Virus record (IMG/VR): IMGVR_UViG_3300032213_000892
Span: 1 to 34,247 of that record
DNA: 34,247 bases
Source of the DNA: a virus
Lineage: Duplodnaviria; Caudoviricetes
Strand: one strand, 5' to 3'
The notes beneath the pieces were generated by a model. The model worked only from the letters and a program-made list of their open reading frames with translations, was not told the DNA's origin and searched no databases. The stretch's first letter is position 1, and each line of letters begins with the position of its first letter. A program made the translations under genes and the position numbers. Positions 10,101 through 18,168 of this stretch are shown piece by piece.

Positions 10101-10861
10101 TGGTGCTCACCATCACCGAAAACCCCGCATGGGCGGGCACAAAAACCGCGATCGAAGTTTACGACAACAAGCTGCAACTCCAGAGCCAGAACTTCATGGC
10201 AAGCTGGGTGACGCTTGCATCCGTTGAATATATCGGGTTCACCGCAGACACTGGCTATGCGTCAGAAGGTTATTATGAGTTCGGGGAAACGGATCTATCC
10301 GAGGTTTACAGTTCGCGCGTGACCTTCGACGCAGTGGTCGGGACAGCCGCAAACCTGTTCACGATGTCGACTTGGACGACACTCGCCCAGCTCGAAGATC
10401 TGGTGAACGGCGACACCGGCGACGATGTTTTCACAGAGTTGCAGGTCAACTATTCCATCGTCGACAGCGCGACCCCGGTCTATCAAGGCTGGCGGCGCTT
10501 CGTCGTCGGAGATTACACCGCGCGCCATATCAAGTTTCGCGTCTATATGAACACGCTTTCCTCGACATTGAGCCCGACGATGACATCCCTCAGCGCGACA
10601 ATCGATATGCCGGATCGTGTCGCCAAAGGAAACGACATCGTTTCTGGCGCGGGCACTTACTCCGTCATATTCTCGCCCAGCTTCAAAGAACTGCGTTCGA
10701 TCACCATCGCCGCGCAGAACATGGGAACGGGCGATTATTACGTTATTTCTAACAAGACGCGAACGGGCTTCGATGTTATATTCCGCAACAGCGCCGGGGC
10801 TGCGGTTAGTCGATCGTTCGATTATCAAGCAATCGGCTATGGCAGAGAAAGGAGCACCTGA
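7178..10861 (+). CDS. Tail tip / host specificity protein J-like, with an N-terminal gpI-like region
   Basis: 1227 aa. VPVVLGTHRM-P, GYGP, SNPA, GDL and FN3-like segments; N-terminal small domain followed by a hydrophobic Gly/Ala segment. Confidence 0.9.
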   Translation: MNDLTHPNQSALAEYIEVTLVLNPLSQGGRLVVRVAPMGTLADLVAALVPDELDRDHISAFIGGDYIEPDLWAKIRPKSGASVYLRIVPQDPVTLISILGTALAPTITTALGFTAGSLGASIAGAAISIAITYAASALIGPRQTQNRAESPTYGISSARNGITPFQTVPVVLGTHRMVPPYGAAPYTEVVGNAQYLRFVLIWGYGPVDVSDIRIGNTPIGDYADVETEHDFNGNATQLDLYPADASQEDLSIRLTTSFVERTTPRDTTEIGVTFTFPTGLFKQNDKGQRVNTSARIIGDYRLVGAGSWTSWFDQTYTDDTAQVKRVSQRERGLTSGQYEVRIKRQVAQSGSAKISDSCIWTDLRSFNTAAEPVLLSGIAKSAFRIKATDQLNGVVDQLNALVSLKIPTWNGSAWVTPVATTSNPAAIFRYVLKGAPNKKPVTAANINDAELGAWYEFCEAKGFAFDQVIDFQLSVRDLLQDVANAGKASPAYVDDKWTVIIEQPRSTVIQHFTPRNTRNFVGQIIYNEIPDALRIRFFNKNKGYREDEIIVYDDGFNKANAATFQLIDLPGQTSAGNVHKLGRHYIASARLRPEAFTFELDIEHLVAMRGDLCRLTHDVPGIGQMSGRVVSRATNTIVLDEPVTREAGKVYTLRIRETATGTTRALTVAASGTTVTSDTVDVTSGGSNVNAGDLFQFGEQNLESLEVLIAGIEYLDDLAAAVTCVPYSPAIYDAANTIPEYTTILSDPVSASFTGPPRPFISSVVSDEAALQVTSSGAIVPSIFLYVQAGKTARASDGTVTRTAFFQARFRRSGTDDPFTYMPYSAVDTPYVEIFPVESGKNYDIAVRAIGPDEATTSAFVEIANHTVIGASAKPPAVDTFTINTIGEHTYVQWTYPSIPVDVIGYEIRYSANQSNTDWKSMTAMGNSLPREARSFTVPSRSGSYAIKPIDVLQNRSVAAKYINASLEDPAAQNVVLTITENPAWAGTKTAIEVYDNKLQLQSQNFMASWVTLASVEYIGFTADTGYASEGYYEFGETDLSEVYSSRVTFDAVVGTAANLFTMSTWTTLAQLEDLVNGDTGDDVFTELQVNYSIVDSATPVYQGWRRFVVGDYTARHIKFRVYMNTLSSTLSPTMTSLSATIDMPDRVAKGNDIVSGAGTYSVIFSPSFKELRSITIAAQNMGTGDYYVISNKTRTGFDVIFRNSAGAAVSRSFDYQAIGYGRERST

Positions 10862-12273
10862 TGGCTCAATATGACTTCGGCACGATCGACCCGAACACCA
10901 AGAGCGGAACCGCGCTCGCTTCGGATCTGAACTCATACCGCAACGCGGTGAACTCCATGCACAGCGGGTCGAGCGCGCCCAGCTATATCACCGCTGGCAT
11001 GATGTGGGTCGATACGACCTCAGCAGATTATGAGGTCAAACTATATGACGGCGCGCAGTCGATCACTGTCGCGATCATAGACGCGACGAGCAACGTGGCG
11101 CGGGTCGCAGTCGATCCTGCGGAGACGAGCTATATCACATCAACGACCAGCGCGCAGATCCGCCATGTGATCGCCAGCACAAACATTTTCACGACCCGAT
11201 CAACCGGGATCCAGTTCAACCTCGCATCCCCTACGATCACAGACAACAACAGCAACGAGTGGCTTTCATTCACGACCACTGCGAGCGCGGTCAACCATGT
11301 TGATATTGCGAACTCCGCGACAGGGGGCGCAGTCGCGCTGTCTGCGGCAGGGACTGACACGAACATCTCAATCGCGCTGACGCCGAAAGGTACGGGCAAC
11401 GTGGGTATTGGGACGGCCAGCCCCGCAGCAAAGCTGACTGTATCAGGCGATGGGTCATCGACAATAGTCACGAGAGCTTCTGGAACCCGTTACGCGGCGC
11501 TTGGAGACACTGGAGCCACGGACGATGGTGGGATATTTTTGTATGACGCAAGCGGCACGCTGCAATCTGTCATTCGTGGACAAGGCGACAGCTACTTGAA
11601 CGGCGGTAACGTAGGTGTCGGCACTACCAGCCCCCTTTCACCCCTTCAAGTCAACGGAACTAATGGTGAAATTTTACGAATTTCCATTACTACTGACGCA
11701 GGAACACAGCAAACTTTTGGTTTAGGCTTTGCCACAACGACATCTAATACTCATCCTGCTGCTGCAATTTATGCCCAAGAGCTCGACGCATCTGATAGTC
11801 GCGCTGGTTTGAATTTCTTTACACGCGGAGCCAATACTGACACCGCCCCAACTCAAAGAATGTTTATTAGTGACCAAGGTGTGGTTAGTATTTTTGATCT
11901 TGCTGGAACAGGTTCGCGGACAGTCACCGCAGGCTCTGGTGGTGGTTTGTTGGCAACTTCTGACAGTCGGTTGAAAGAAGAAGTGCCCGCCGCGCCGCTC
12001 CCCGGGCTGGCTGAGATCATGCAACTTGAACCGCGCGCCTACAAGTGGATTGATGACATCGAAAAGCGCGGGGAAGACGCTGCAATCGAAATCGGTTTCT
12101 TTGCTGATCAGGTCAAAGACATCATCCCGTCAGCCGCGCCTATGGGAAATGACGGGTATTACGGATTTTATGATCGCGCTGTCATCGCTGCTTTGACCAA
12201 AGCTGTTCAGGAACAGCAGGCCATCATCACGACACTTGAAACCCGCCTAGCCGCCCTAGAAACATCACCTTGA
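10861..12273 (+). CDS. Tail fibre / receptor-binding protein with C-terminal intramolecular chaperone (peptidase S74-like)
   Basis: GNVGIGTASP and GNVGVGTTSP repeats; SDSRLK...L-P--YKW...GF-A-QV..., ending in a coiled coil. Confidence 0.88.
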   Translation: MAQYDFGTIDPNTKSGTALASDLNSYRNAVNSMHSGSSAPSYITAGMMWVDTTSADYEVKLYDGAQSITVAIIDATSNVARVAVDPAETSYITSTTSAQIRHVIASTNIFTTRSTGIQFNLASPTITDNNSNEWLSFTTTASAVNHVDIANSATGGAVALSAAGTDTNISIALTPKGTGNVGIGTASPAAKLTVSGDGSSTIVTRASGTRYAALGDTGATDDGGIFLYDASGTLQSVIRGQGDSYLNGGNVGVGTTSPLSPLQVNGTNGEILRISITTDAGTQQTFGLGFATTTSNTHPAAAIYAQELDASDSRAGLNFFTRGANTDTAPTQRMFISDQGVVSIFDLAGTGSRTVTAGSGGGLLATSDSRLKEEVPAAPLPGLAEIMQLEPRAYKWIDDIEKRGEDAAIEIGFFADQVKDIIPSAAPMGNDGYYGFYDRAVIAALTKAVQEQQAIITTLETRLAALETSP

Positions 12274-12279
12274 GGTCTG

Positions 12280-12513
12280 ATGATGCAAAACCTTCTCCCA
12301 TATTGGCCGATTGCCGCCAGCTTCGTTGCGGTGGTGGTCTGGCTGGTTCGCCTTGAAGCGGGCAGCGCAGAGAACACAAAAGAGATCAAGCGCCTGTGGA
12401 ACCAGCGGCGCGAGGATATGGACGCCGCGCAACGCTCGCGCAGCGAGACGAACACTATGCTCGCGGAGATCCGCGACGACATCAAAGCTCTAATTTCACG
12501 GGTGGGAAAATGA
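12280..12513 (+). CDS. Putative holin / membrane lysis protein
   Basis: One N-terminal hydrophobic helix (YWPIAASFVAVVVWLV) followed by a coiled coil; ATGA overlap with the endolysin. Confidence 0.6.
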   Translation: MMQNLLPYWPIAASFVAVVVWLVRLEAGSAENTKEIKRLWNQRREDMDAAQRSRSETNTMLAEIRDDIKALISRVGK

Positions 12514-13211
12514 TCATCAACAAAGCAACTGTGGATCTGGTCAAAGAGTTCGAAGGCTTTGAGGCGCGCGCCTATAAGTGCCCGGCGGGGGTCTGGACAA
12601 TCGGCTATGGCACAACGGCGGCCGCTGGTGTCGGTATCGTTCCTGTCGATGGAATGACCATCACCGCAACTGAAGCGGAGGGCTACCTTCAGGATGCGTT
12701 GAGTAAGTTTTCAAACGCGATTTCGATGGAGATCAGCGCGCCGATTAATGAAAACGAATATGGCGCGTTCGTCTCACTCGCATACAATATCGGGCCCGGC
12801 GCGTTTAAGAAGTCATCCGCGCTGCGGCACTTCAATGCTGGCAACAAAGCCGCAGCCGCTGACGCGATGCTGCTCTGGAACAAAGCAGGCGGCAAAGTTC
12901 TTGCAGGGCTGGTGCGGCGTCGTGCAGCCGAACGCGCGCTGTTCTTGACGCCTGTCGGCGCGACGACACAGCCCGCCATCCGGGACACGCGCATCGTACC
13001 AGACGCGCCTCGTGAGAGCGCCGCGCAGTCGACGACAGTGCAGGCGTCTGCGGTTCAGATCGTGTCAGGCGCTGGCGCGGGCGTTGCTGCTGTCGCCACG
13101 CTCGATGGGCACGCTCAAATCGTGGCATTGGCATTTGCTGGCGTCATCACGCTGGCCGCGCTCTGGATCCTGCGCCAGCGCCTGCGCAGCTGGGCTGACG
13201 GGGATCGCTGA
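12510..13211 (+). CDS. Endolysin, GH24 lysozyme with hydrophobic C-terminal tail
   Basis: Start reassigned to ATG 12510. KEFEG...AYKCPAGVWTIGYG (E-C-T triad), AYNIG, WNKAGGKVLAGLVRRRAAE. Confidence 0.93.
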   Translation: MIINKATVDLVKEFEGFEARAYKCPAGVWTIGYGTTAAAGVGIVPVDGMTITATEAEGYLQDALSKFSNAISMEISAPINENEYGAFVSLAYNIGPGAFKKSSALRHFNAGNKAAAADAMLLWNKAGGKVLAGLVRRRAAERALFLTPVGATTQPAIRDTRIVPDAPRESAAQSTTVQASAVQIVSGAGAGVAAVATLDGHAQIVALAFAGVITLAALWILRQRLRSWADGDR

Positions 13212-13438
13212 TGCTGCGCATCAAGCTCTGGCTCACCGCGCTGGGCGCGCTGATCGTGGCCTTTGTGATGGCCTATCTGAAAGGGCGCAGCGACAGCGCG
13301 GCCCGGGCCGAAACCCAACAACTCAAATCGGAGATCGACGCACATGAACGGATCAATGACGCGGACACTGGCGGCGGTGCTACTGATGCTGAGCGGATTA
13401 AGCGGTTGCGCGACATGGCAGAGCAACTCCGCGATTGA
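13211..13438 (+). CDS. Inner-membrane spanin (Rz-like)
   Basis: N-terminal TM helix and periplasmic helical segment, downstream of the endolysin and overlapped by a lipoprotein ORF. Confidence 0.72.
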   Translation: MLRIKLWLTALGALIVAFVMAYLKGRSDSAARAETQQLKSEIDAHERINDADTGGGATDAERIKRLRDMAEQLRD

Positions 13439-13556
13439 TCGGCTGCGCCCGGCGGCAGCGGATCACGCGGACGCGCTGGCGGGCAGCAGTATGCCAGCGG
13501 CGCGCGAGACGGGCCTCGCTCTATTGGCGCAGCTGGCGGCGTTCGCTGATTGGTAA
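13344..13556 (+). CDS. Outer-membrane lipoprotein spanin (Rz1-like)
   Basis: GGAG RBS, signal peptide with lipobox LSGC, +1 frame overlap with the i-spanin. Confidence 0.75.
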   Translation: MNGSMTRTLAAVLLMLSGLSGCATWQSNSAIDRLRPAAADHADALAGSSMPAARETGLALLAQLAAFADW

Positions 13557-13577
13557 ACGCCCGCGCAGGGCGGGCGT
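13555..13577 (-). terminator. Hairpin at the convergence of late (+) and early (-) transcription
   Basis: 8-bp stem ACGCCCGC/GCGGGCGT with a 5-nt loop, followed by a short T run on the - strand. Confidence 0.65.
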
Positions 13578-13582
13578 CTGGT

Positions 13583-13771
13583 CTATTGGTCGCGATCCCA
13601 AGGCGCGCGCGGCACTGTGACGATCGCAAAACTTCGATCCCTGCTGAACGTCGACAGCACGGGAACCTCGATCTTTTTGCGCGGCGCGGTGATCGCATCC
13701 CGGATGACGCGCATACTCGCCTTGTCGCTGGTGGATCCGCCCGGCGGCATCTTTTGCTTGCTCACTCTCAT
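13583..13771 (-). CDS. Hypothetical protein (62 aa, basic)
   Basis: ATGA-coupled to the upstream gene; GAGG RBS. Confidence 0.6.
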   Translation of the reverse strand: MRVSKQKMPPGGSTSDKASMRVIRDAITAPRKKIEVPVLSTFSRDRSFAIVTVPRAPWDRDQ

Positions 13772-13992
13772 TTTGGCCTCACTTTCGGGAACGGCGACGC
13801 GCTGGGCGCGTTCGTGCCCTTGCAGTGGACGCCGATCACGTCCAGCCCGCGCTCCTCGAACACGTCACGCAGCGTGTTGATGCTGGCGCTGCACGCCGCA
13901 TAGGACGGAAAAACCAGCGCGGTGGTTGGCCCCTGCCCTTCAAACGGCCCGCCCAGTGACAGGGCCATAATTGTCCAAGTCGGGATGCTCAT
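13768..13992 (-). CDS. Hypothetical protein (74 aa; MSIPTWTIMALSLGG...)
   Basis: Start reassigned to ATG 13992, which has an AAGGAG RBS and ATGA overlap; contains two Cys. Confidence 0.68.
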   Translation of the reverse strand: MSIPTWTIMALSLGGPFEGQGPTTALVFPSYAACSASINTLRDVFEERGLDVIGVHCKGTNAPSASPFPKVRPK

Positions 13993-14420
13993 TTTGGCTC
14001 TCCTTTGATTTTTGCCATCGCGGCGACATTGACGGGGGTACTCTGAATGATGGCGTGCTTTATATCCTGCGCCGCGAATAGCATTGTTTGCCAATCTCGC
14101 TCTTCTGCTTTGTTCTTTGATGAGTGCATTTTGGCCGCATATCCGTTGATAGCGCGCTGGCATATGTTAACCGCTCCCCGCAGCGTCGCCACGGCATCGG
14201 CCAGTTTGTCCTCTAGGGCATCCATTTTGCTGTCGTGCCGCGCCTGCGTTTCTGCCTCACGGGCCAACACAGATTTTAGATCACGCAGCAATTCGTCAAT
14301 GCGGTCGGCTGCCGCAAACAACAATACCTCAGTGCATTGCCCCGCGCGCAGTCGGGCCGTCAGCTCCTTACTCGTAATTTCTAAAACATACTTGCTGCGC
14401 TCATATTCATGCGGGGTCAT
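13989..14420 (-). CDS. Hypothetical coiled-coil protein
   Basis: Start reassigned to ATG 14420 (AGGAGG RBS, ATGA overlap). Contains an AADRIDEL motif; locally lower GC. Confidence 0.7.
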   Translation of the reverse strand: MTPHEYERSKYVLEITSKELTARLRAGQCTEVLLFAAADRIDELLRDLKSVLAREAETQARHDSKMDALEDKLADAVATLRGAVNICQRAINGYAAKMHSSKNKAEERDWQTMLFAAQDIKHAIIQSTPVNVAAMAKIKGEPK

Positions 14421-14770
14421 CGCGTGCCTCCTATTGCCATCGGCACATCGCGCCCGCAGTCTGGGCAGGCCCATTTCGGGGGCGTCTGATTGGAAACCAT
14501 ATAGACGTCGCAGAAAACGCAGATCTTGGGGCTGTCGTCCATCACCGCCATATGCTTGCGCCGTTTCTCCTCGTGGCTGTCTTGCCGCGCTTCGCTGTCG
14601 ATGCCAATGCAGCGCAGGGCAATGCCTGCGAGCAACTGAAACTCGACGGCGTTCTGCGCGGCCAGCGTTCCGCGCGGCGCGTCCAGCGCCATGACATCAG
14701 CTTTGCGCTTGATGCGCAGCAGCGTCGCGCGCAATGTGATGTCTTCTGCGGCTTTTTGAATGCTCATCAT
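14417..14770 (-). CDS. Hypothetical protein with C-terminal zinc ribbon
   Basis: CVFC-x12-CPDC near the C-terminus; ATGA-coupled at both ends. Confidence 0.7.
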   Translation of the reverse strand: MMSIQKAAEDITLRATLLRIKRKADVMALDAPRGTLAAQNAVEFQLLAGIALRCIGIDSEARQDSHEEKRRKHMAVMDDSPKICVFCDVYMVSNQTPPKWACPDCGRDVPMAIGGTR

Positions 14771-14946
14771 TCGCATCCCTCTGGTTTTGGTTCGTTCAGC
14801 ATTTCCGCCAGTTCGCGGATCTGCGCGGCCTTGGCCGTCGGCACGACGACTTCGACCCGGGACACTCCGCGATCTGCGAACTGGGCGCGTTCAGCGCGCT
14901 TGCGCTCCCGGGCTTTGCGGCGGCGTTCATTGGCTGCATCGTCCAT
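14767..14946 (-). CDS. Small basic putative DNA-binding protein (59 aa, not in ORF track)
   Basis: Translated by hand: MDDAANERRRKARERKRAERAQFADRGVSRVEVVVPTAKAAQIRELAEMLNEPKPEGCE. GGAGG RBS, TGATG coupling, fills the gap exactly. Confidence 0.72.
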   Translation of the reverse strand: MDDAANERRRKARERKRAERAQFADRGVSRVEVVVPTAKAAQIRELAEMLNEPKPEGCE

Positions 14947-15284
14947 CAGCGCACCTCCAAGATCAGCAACAGGCAGGTGTCGCGCAGTTCATCAGACAGC
15001 TTCGGATGCCGGCAGATCAGTTCGTCAAAAGCGGCGGTGATCTTCGCCTCGACGGATGCGAGTTCTGCGGCGGACATCGAAGATTTGAAGCCGTGCCGCG
15101 CTTCCGCGCGCGCAGCTTCGGCGCGCGTTTCGGCGTCTTCGATCACGCGCTCTGTCATATCGACAAATCCGGTGAGGTCGGATGTTTCGAGGATCCCGCG
15201 CGCGCGGATGCCGTCAAAGAGCGCGCCGCGCTCTGCGGCGGATCCGAACATATCTGGCAGGTGATAGGACAAGGGAATTTGCAT
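14946..15284 (-). CDS. Hypothetical acidic helical protein
   Basis: Perfect TAAGGAGG RBS; 112 aa. Confidence 0.78.
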   Translation of the reverse strand: MQIPLSYHLPDMFGSAAERGALFDGIRARGILETSDLTGFVDMTERVIEDAETRAEAARAEARHGFKSSMSAAELASVEAKITAAFDELICRHPKLSDELRDTCLLLILEVR

Positions 15285-15297
15285 ATTTTTGGCCTCC

Positions 15298-15417
15298 TTA
15301 TGGCGTGATGATTAAGAACAGGGCGATCAGCCCGAACAGGCATCCCAGCCCGCAGATCGCTTCTGCGATCTGGGCGGGGGTCGATCTGGAAAAAACGCGG
15401 CGGATTTCGTTCAGCAT
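15298..15417 (-). CDS. Small membrane protein (39 aa)
   Basis: Starts at an AAGGAGACCTGCCATG cassette; MLNEIRRVFSRSTPAQIAEAICGLGCLFGLIALFLIITP. Confidence 0.68.
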   Translation of the reverse strand: MLNEIRRVFSRSTPAQIAEAICGLGCLFGLIALFLIITP

Positions 15418-15428
15418 GGCAGGTCTCC

Positions 15429-15893
15429 TTATGATTTCTTTGCACACTCTGGCCCAATGCCAGAGATGATGCTTTCGGGGGTGGTAAGTTTGCGCCCGCA
15501 GGCGCAGCAGCGGCCCTCGTGAAAGATCGAGAGCTGTTCTGGGATCCGCGCGTGCGCGCACAGCTGCGTCAGCGTCCACGATAGCGCTTTGAAGCTGGGC
15601 ACGCTGGGCATACCTTTGGCCCCGGCTTTGAGCGTTCCGCGATCTTCGCCAAAAATGCAGCCGATATATTGATAGTCGCGCTCATTATTGGATCCGCGCA
15701 GCACTGAGACGAAGAACGGCGCGTCCTCATTTTGCTGGCGGATCTTGTAGGTGTATCGCGTGCTGGTCTTCTCGCTGCGAAGCGTGAAGGTCGCGTTGCC
15801 GCCAAACATGAAGCGGAGCGCGTCGTTCGCGCTTTCGAGCGCGCCGTTCGGCACTGGCGGCGAGATCTGGTCTGGTTCGAAATGGTGGATCAT
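15429..15893 (-). CDS. DUF6011-like zinc-finger domain protein
   Basis: Starts at the cassette ATG 15893; C-terminal C--CGRKLTTPESI-SGIGPEC motif. Confidence 0.82.
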   Translation of the reverse strand: MIHHFEPDQISPPVPNGALESANDALRFMFGGNATFTLRSEKTSTRYTYKIRQQNEDAPFFVSVLRGSNNERDYQYIGCIFGEDRGTLKAGAKGMPSVPSFKALSWTLTQLCAHARIPEQLSIFHEGRCCACGRKLTTPESIISGIGPECAKKS

Positions 15894-15912
15894 GGCAGGT
15901 CTCCTTTGTTGA

Positions 15913-15930
15913 GGGGGGCCGAAGCCCCCC
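15913..15930 (-). other. Intercistronic GC hairpin with cUUCGg tetraloop
   Basis: The - strand reads GGGGGGC-TTCG-GCCCCCC with no U tract. Confidence 0.7.
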
Positions 15931-15939
15931 GGGGTTATA

Positions 15940-16254
15940 TCACCAAGGGCACTCGTCTTGCGAGGCCCAGATCTCGGACTGACGCTCGAGCATCTGCGCG
16001 TAAGCGATGCTTCCGTCCTCGTCGTAAATCTCGCACTCGTCCGCATAGTAGTCTTCGAGACAGACCTGATCTTCCAGCAACATGAGCACGGCAGCAACCG
16101 TCGCATCGGCGACAGTATGCTTGAAACCCTTGTAGCGGATCGTCCCCATCGGGCCTTCGCCGGGGAACGAGGTGATCACGCCGACGTCGATACCGTCGCA
16201 AAAGACGTTATAGATCGGGGTGAAGGGGGCGACTTCTTGAATTACTAGGCGCAT
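15940..16254 (-). CDS. Acidic early protein (104 aa), first gene after the promoter
   Basis: Starts at the cassette ATG 16254; D/E-rich C-terminal half. Confidence 0.78.
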   Translation of the reverse strand: MRLVIQEVAPFTPIYNVFCDGIDVGVITSFPGEGPMGTIRYKGFKHTVADATVAAVLMLLEDQVCLEDYYADECEIYDEDGSIAYAQMLERQSEIWASQDECPW

Positions 16255-16290
16255 GGCAGGTCTCCTTGGTTTTGATTGTTGTGTCGTCTG

Positions 16291-16338
16291 ACCAAGATAT
16301 AGGACCGGTCGCAAGAGGTTTCAAGGACCGGTCGCAAA
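16291..16338 (-). promoter_or_regulatory. Sigma70-type early promoter with two GACCGGTC operator-like palindromes
   Basis: - strand TTGAAA (16319-16324), N17, TATATC (16296-16301); GACCGGTC at 16303-16310 and 16326-16333. Confidence 0.8.
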
Positions 16339-16343
16339 AATAT

Positions 16344-18146
16344 TTAGCCAAGGTCTGCCCAGTTTGGCCCGACGCCGCCTTCGATCAAATTGTCTGTCGG
16401 CGCGCCGGGGAAAAAGTCGAGGTAACCGGCGGTCATGTCTGCGGCCATCGCCTCCTTGACGATCTCCGCCTGCGTCTCCAGCGCCTCATCGATCAGCGCG
16501 TCGTGGATCGTCGCGAGCAAGAGCGTTCGGGACGGGTCGAGCGCGCCAGATCCGCGCAGCTGGTCGAGCGTCGTCTTGTGCCGGGTGATCGCGCGCGCCA
16601 TCACTGACAGCGCGGCGCGTTGAACGGGATAGTTCGCGCACTTGGGCAGATCCGCGTTTCGCTTGCCAAGATAGATCGTGCCGCCGTCGCACATCGTCAA
16701 ATAGCCCGTCGCCTGCGCCTCTTCCTGCATCTTGAAGCGATAGGCAAAGGCGCGTTTGTATCGATCGGCCCAAAAGTCGATATAGGTCTGCGCCTTCTCG
16801 ATCGGCGTGCGCATCGTGAGCGCCAGCCCACCCGCGCCGGATCCGTAAATGATGCCGAACGACACGCCCTTTGCTGCGCTGCGCGCGTTCTTGCCCTCTG
16901 GTGTTTTCTTGTCGATCTTGTGCCCGGCGATCACCGCCGCCACCTCTGAGTGCACATCGCCGAACACGACATCCTCGAGCAGCTGGTCATCGCCCGACAG
17001 CAGCGCGAGCACGCGCATCTCGATGGCCGAATAGTCATAGGACACCAGCAACGACCCGGGCGGCGCGATGAACGATTTGCGCACGCGGGTCTGGTCTTCG
17101 TCAGCCGCGAACAGTTTCTTGTCGCGCGGCACTTGCTGGAGGTTTGGGCTGGAACTGGAGAACCGGCAGGTGCGCGCCGCTCCGACGTTGAACCGCGCGC
17201 GCACCCGCCCGTCTGGAGATCTGGTCGCGGTGTCGATCACAGTCTGCCCAAAGCTCGATATATATTTCTGAATTTTGCGATATCGCGACAGCGCGTCGAG
17301 CGCCGCCTCGATCGGCGTGCCGGGGAACAGCCCCGCCATTTTGGACAGCGCCTCGCCGGAGATCTCCAGCTGGTTCGTTTTTTCGGTCTTCGGCCAGACC
17401 GACAGCACGCGATCGGGAAAGATCCGCGCGAAGAAGTCGGAGAACTGCGGGTTCGAATTGAGGTTCACGACATCCGTTTCGGGGATCAGCGCGCGCACTT
17501 GCAGGGCGAGATCGTCGCGGATCTGCTCCCAGCGCGCCACCAGTTCGCGATGCGCGCGCCGGTCTAGCAGCATCCCGGCCTCCTCCATCTCAATGACACC
17601 AAGGGTCATGTCGTCGAGGATCTGCGCGGCGCGGTCATGCGCTGCGGTGGTCTTGGCCTTCCAATGCTCCCAGAGTTCGAATGTGACATCAGCGTCGCGG
17701 ATGGCGTATTCTAGCTGCTGCTGCGATAGTTCGGGTGCGGCCCAGTTCGACACTTGTTCGTCTTTGGCGAGGGTCTGCTCGAGATCCCAGCGCACCATAT
17801 CAGCGAGCGAGAAGCGGCCCCCGCCCATACGCGCCCGGCGCAGGTGGCCGACGTCTATGATGTCAGGGCAGGCGCTGGCGGCTACGAACCAGCGCATTTC
17901 GAAGCCCGAATTGAACACGACCCAAGGGCCGAACCGCTCAAACATTTTCGCGCAGCCGGCGAAGCCGCCGGGGATCTGGTCAAAGTCGATGATGCAGCGC
18001 AGATTTTCGTTGCGCAGCTGCGCGAGCCGCACGCGGCCATCTACGGGGCGCAGCGATGTCGTCTCGAAGTCGAGCGCGGTCGCGGTATGGCACAGCGCCA
18101 GAGCGCGCCACAGGGCGGCTTTGTCGGTGATCAGGTCATATGTCAT
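16344..18146 (-). CDS. polA: DNA polymerase, family A (3'-5' exonuclease plus polymerase)
   Basis: ExoI DFETT, ExoIII YAIRD, RFSSSSPNLQQ, motif A DYSAIEMR, motif B RSAAKGVSFGIIYG, motif C IHD. Confidence 0.96.
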   Translation of the reverse strand: MTYDLITDKAALWRALALCHTATALDFETTSLRPVDGRVRLAQLRNENLRCIIDFDQIPGGFAGCAKMFERFGPWVVFNSGFEMRWFVAASACPDIIDVGHLRRARMGGGRFSLADMVRWDLEQTLAKDEQVSNWAAPELSQQQLEYAIRDADVTFELWEHWKAKTTAAHDRAAQILDDMTLGVIEMEEAGMLLDRRAHRELVARWEQIRDDLALQVRALIPETDVVNLNSNPQFSDFFARIFPDRVLSVWPKTEKTNQLEISGEALSKMAGLFPGTPIEAALDALSRYRKIQKYISSFGQTVIDTATRSPDGRVRARFNVGAARTCRFSSSSPNLQQVPRDKKLFAADEDQTRVRKSFIAPPGSLLVSYDYSAIEMRVLALLSGDDQLLEDVVFGDVHSEVAAVIAGHKIDKKTPEGKNARSAAKGVSFGIIYGSGAGGLALTMRTPIEKAQTYIDFWADRYKRAFAYRFKMQEEAQATGYLTMCDGGTIYLGKRNADLPKCANYPVQRAALSVMARAITRHKTTLDQLRGSGALDPSRTLLLATIHDALIDEALETQAEIVKEAMAADMTAGYLDFFPGAPTDNLIEGGVGPNWADLG

Positions 18147-18168
18147 GGGGCAGGCCTAAATGAGGGCA

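Noticed and set aside
10861-12273. Diversity-generating retroelement or invertible tail fibre system
   Set aside because: No reverse transcriptase, invertase, template/variable repeat pair or flanking inverted repeats were seen.
16344-18146. Z-genome (DpoZ/PurZ) or other base-modification system
   Set aside because: No PurZ, dATPase or nucleotide-modifying genes are recognisable in the genome.
17275-18159. Long antisense or alternative-frame ORFs (for example 17275..18159, 22846..23658, 26993..27979, 28887..29771, 33222..34226)
   Set aside because: They shadow well-supported genes, lack recognisable motifs or RBS, and are expected in GC-rich coding DNA.
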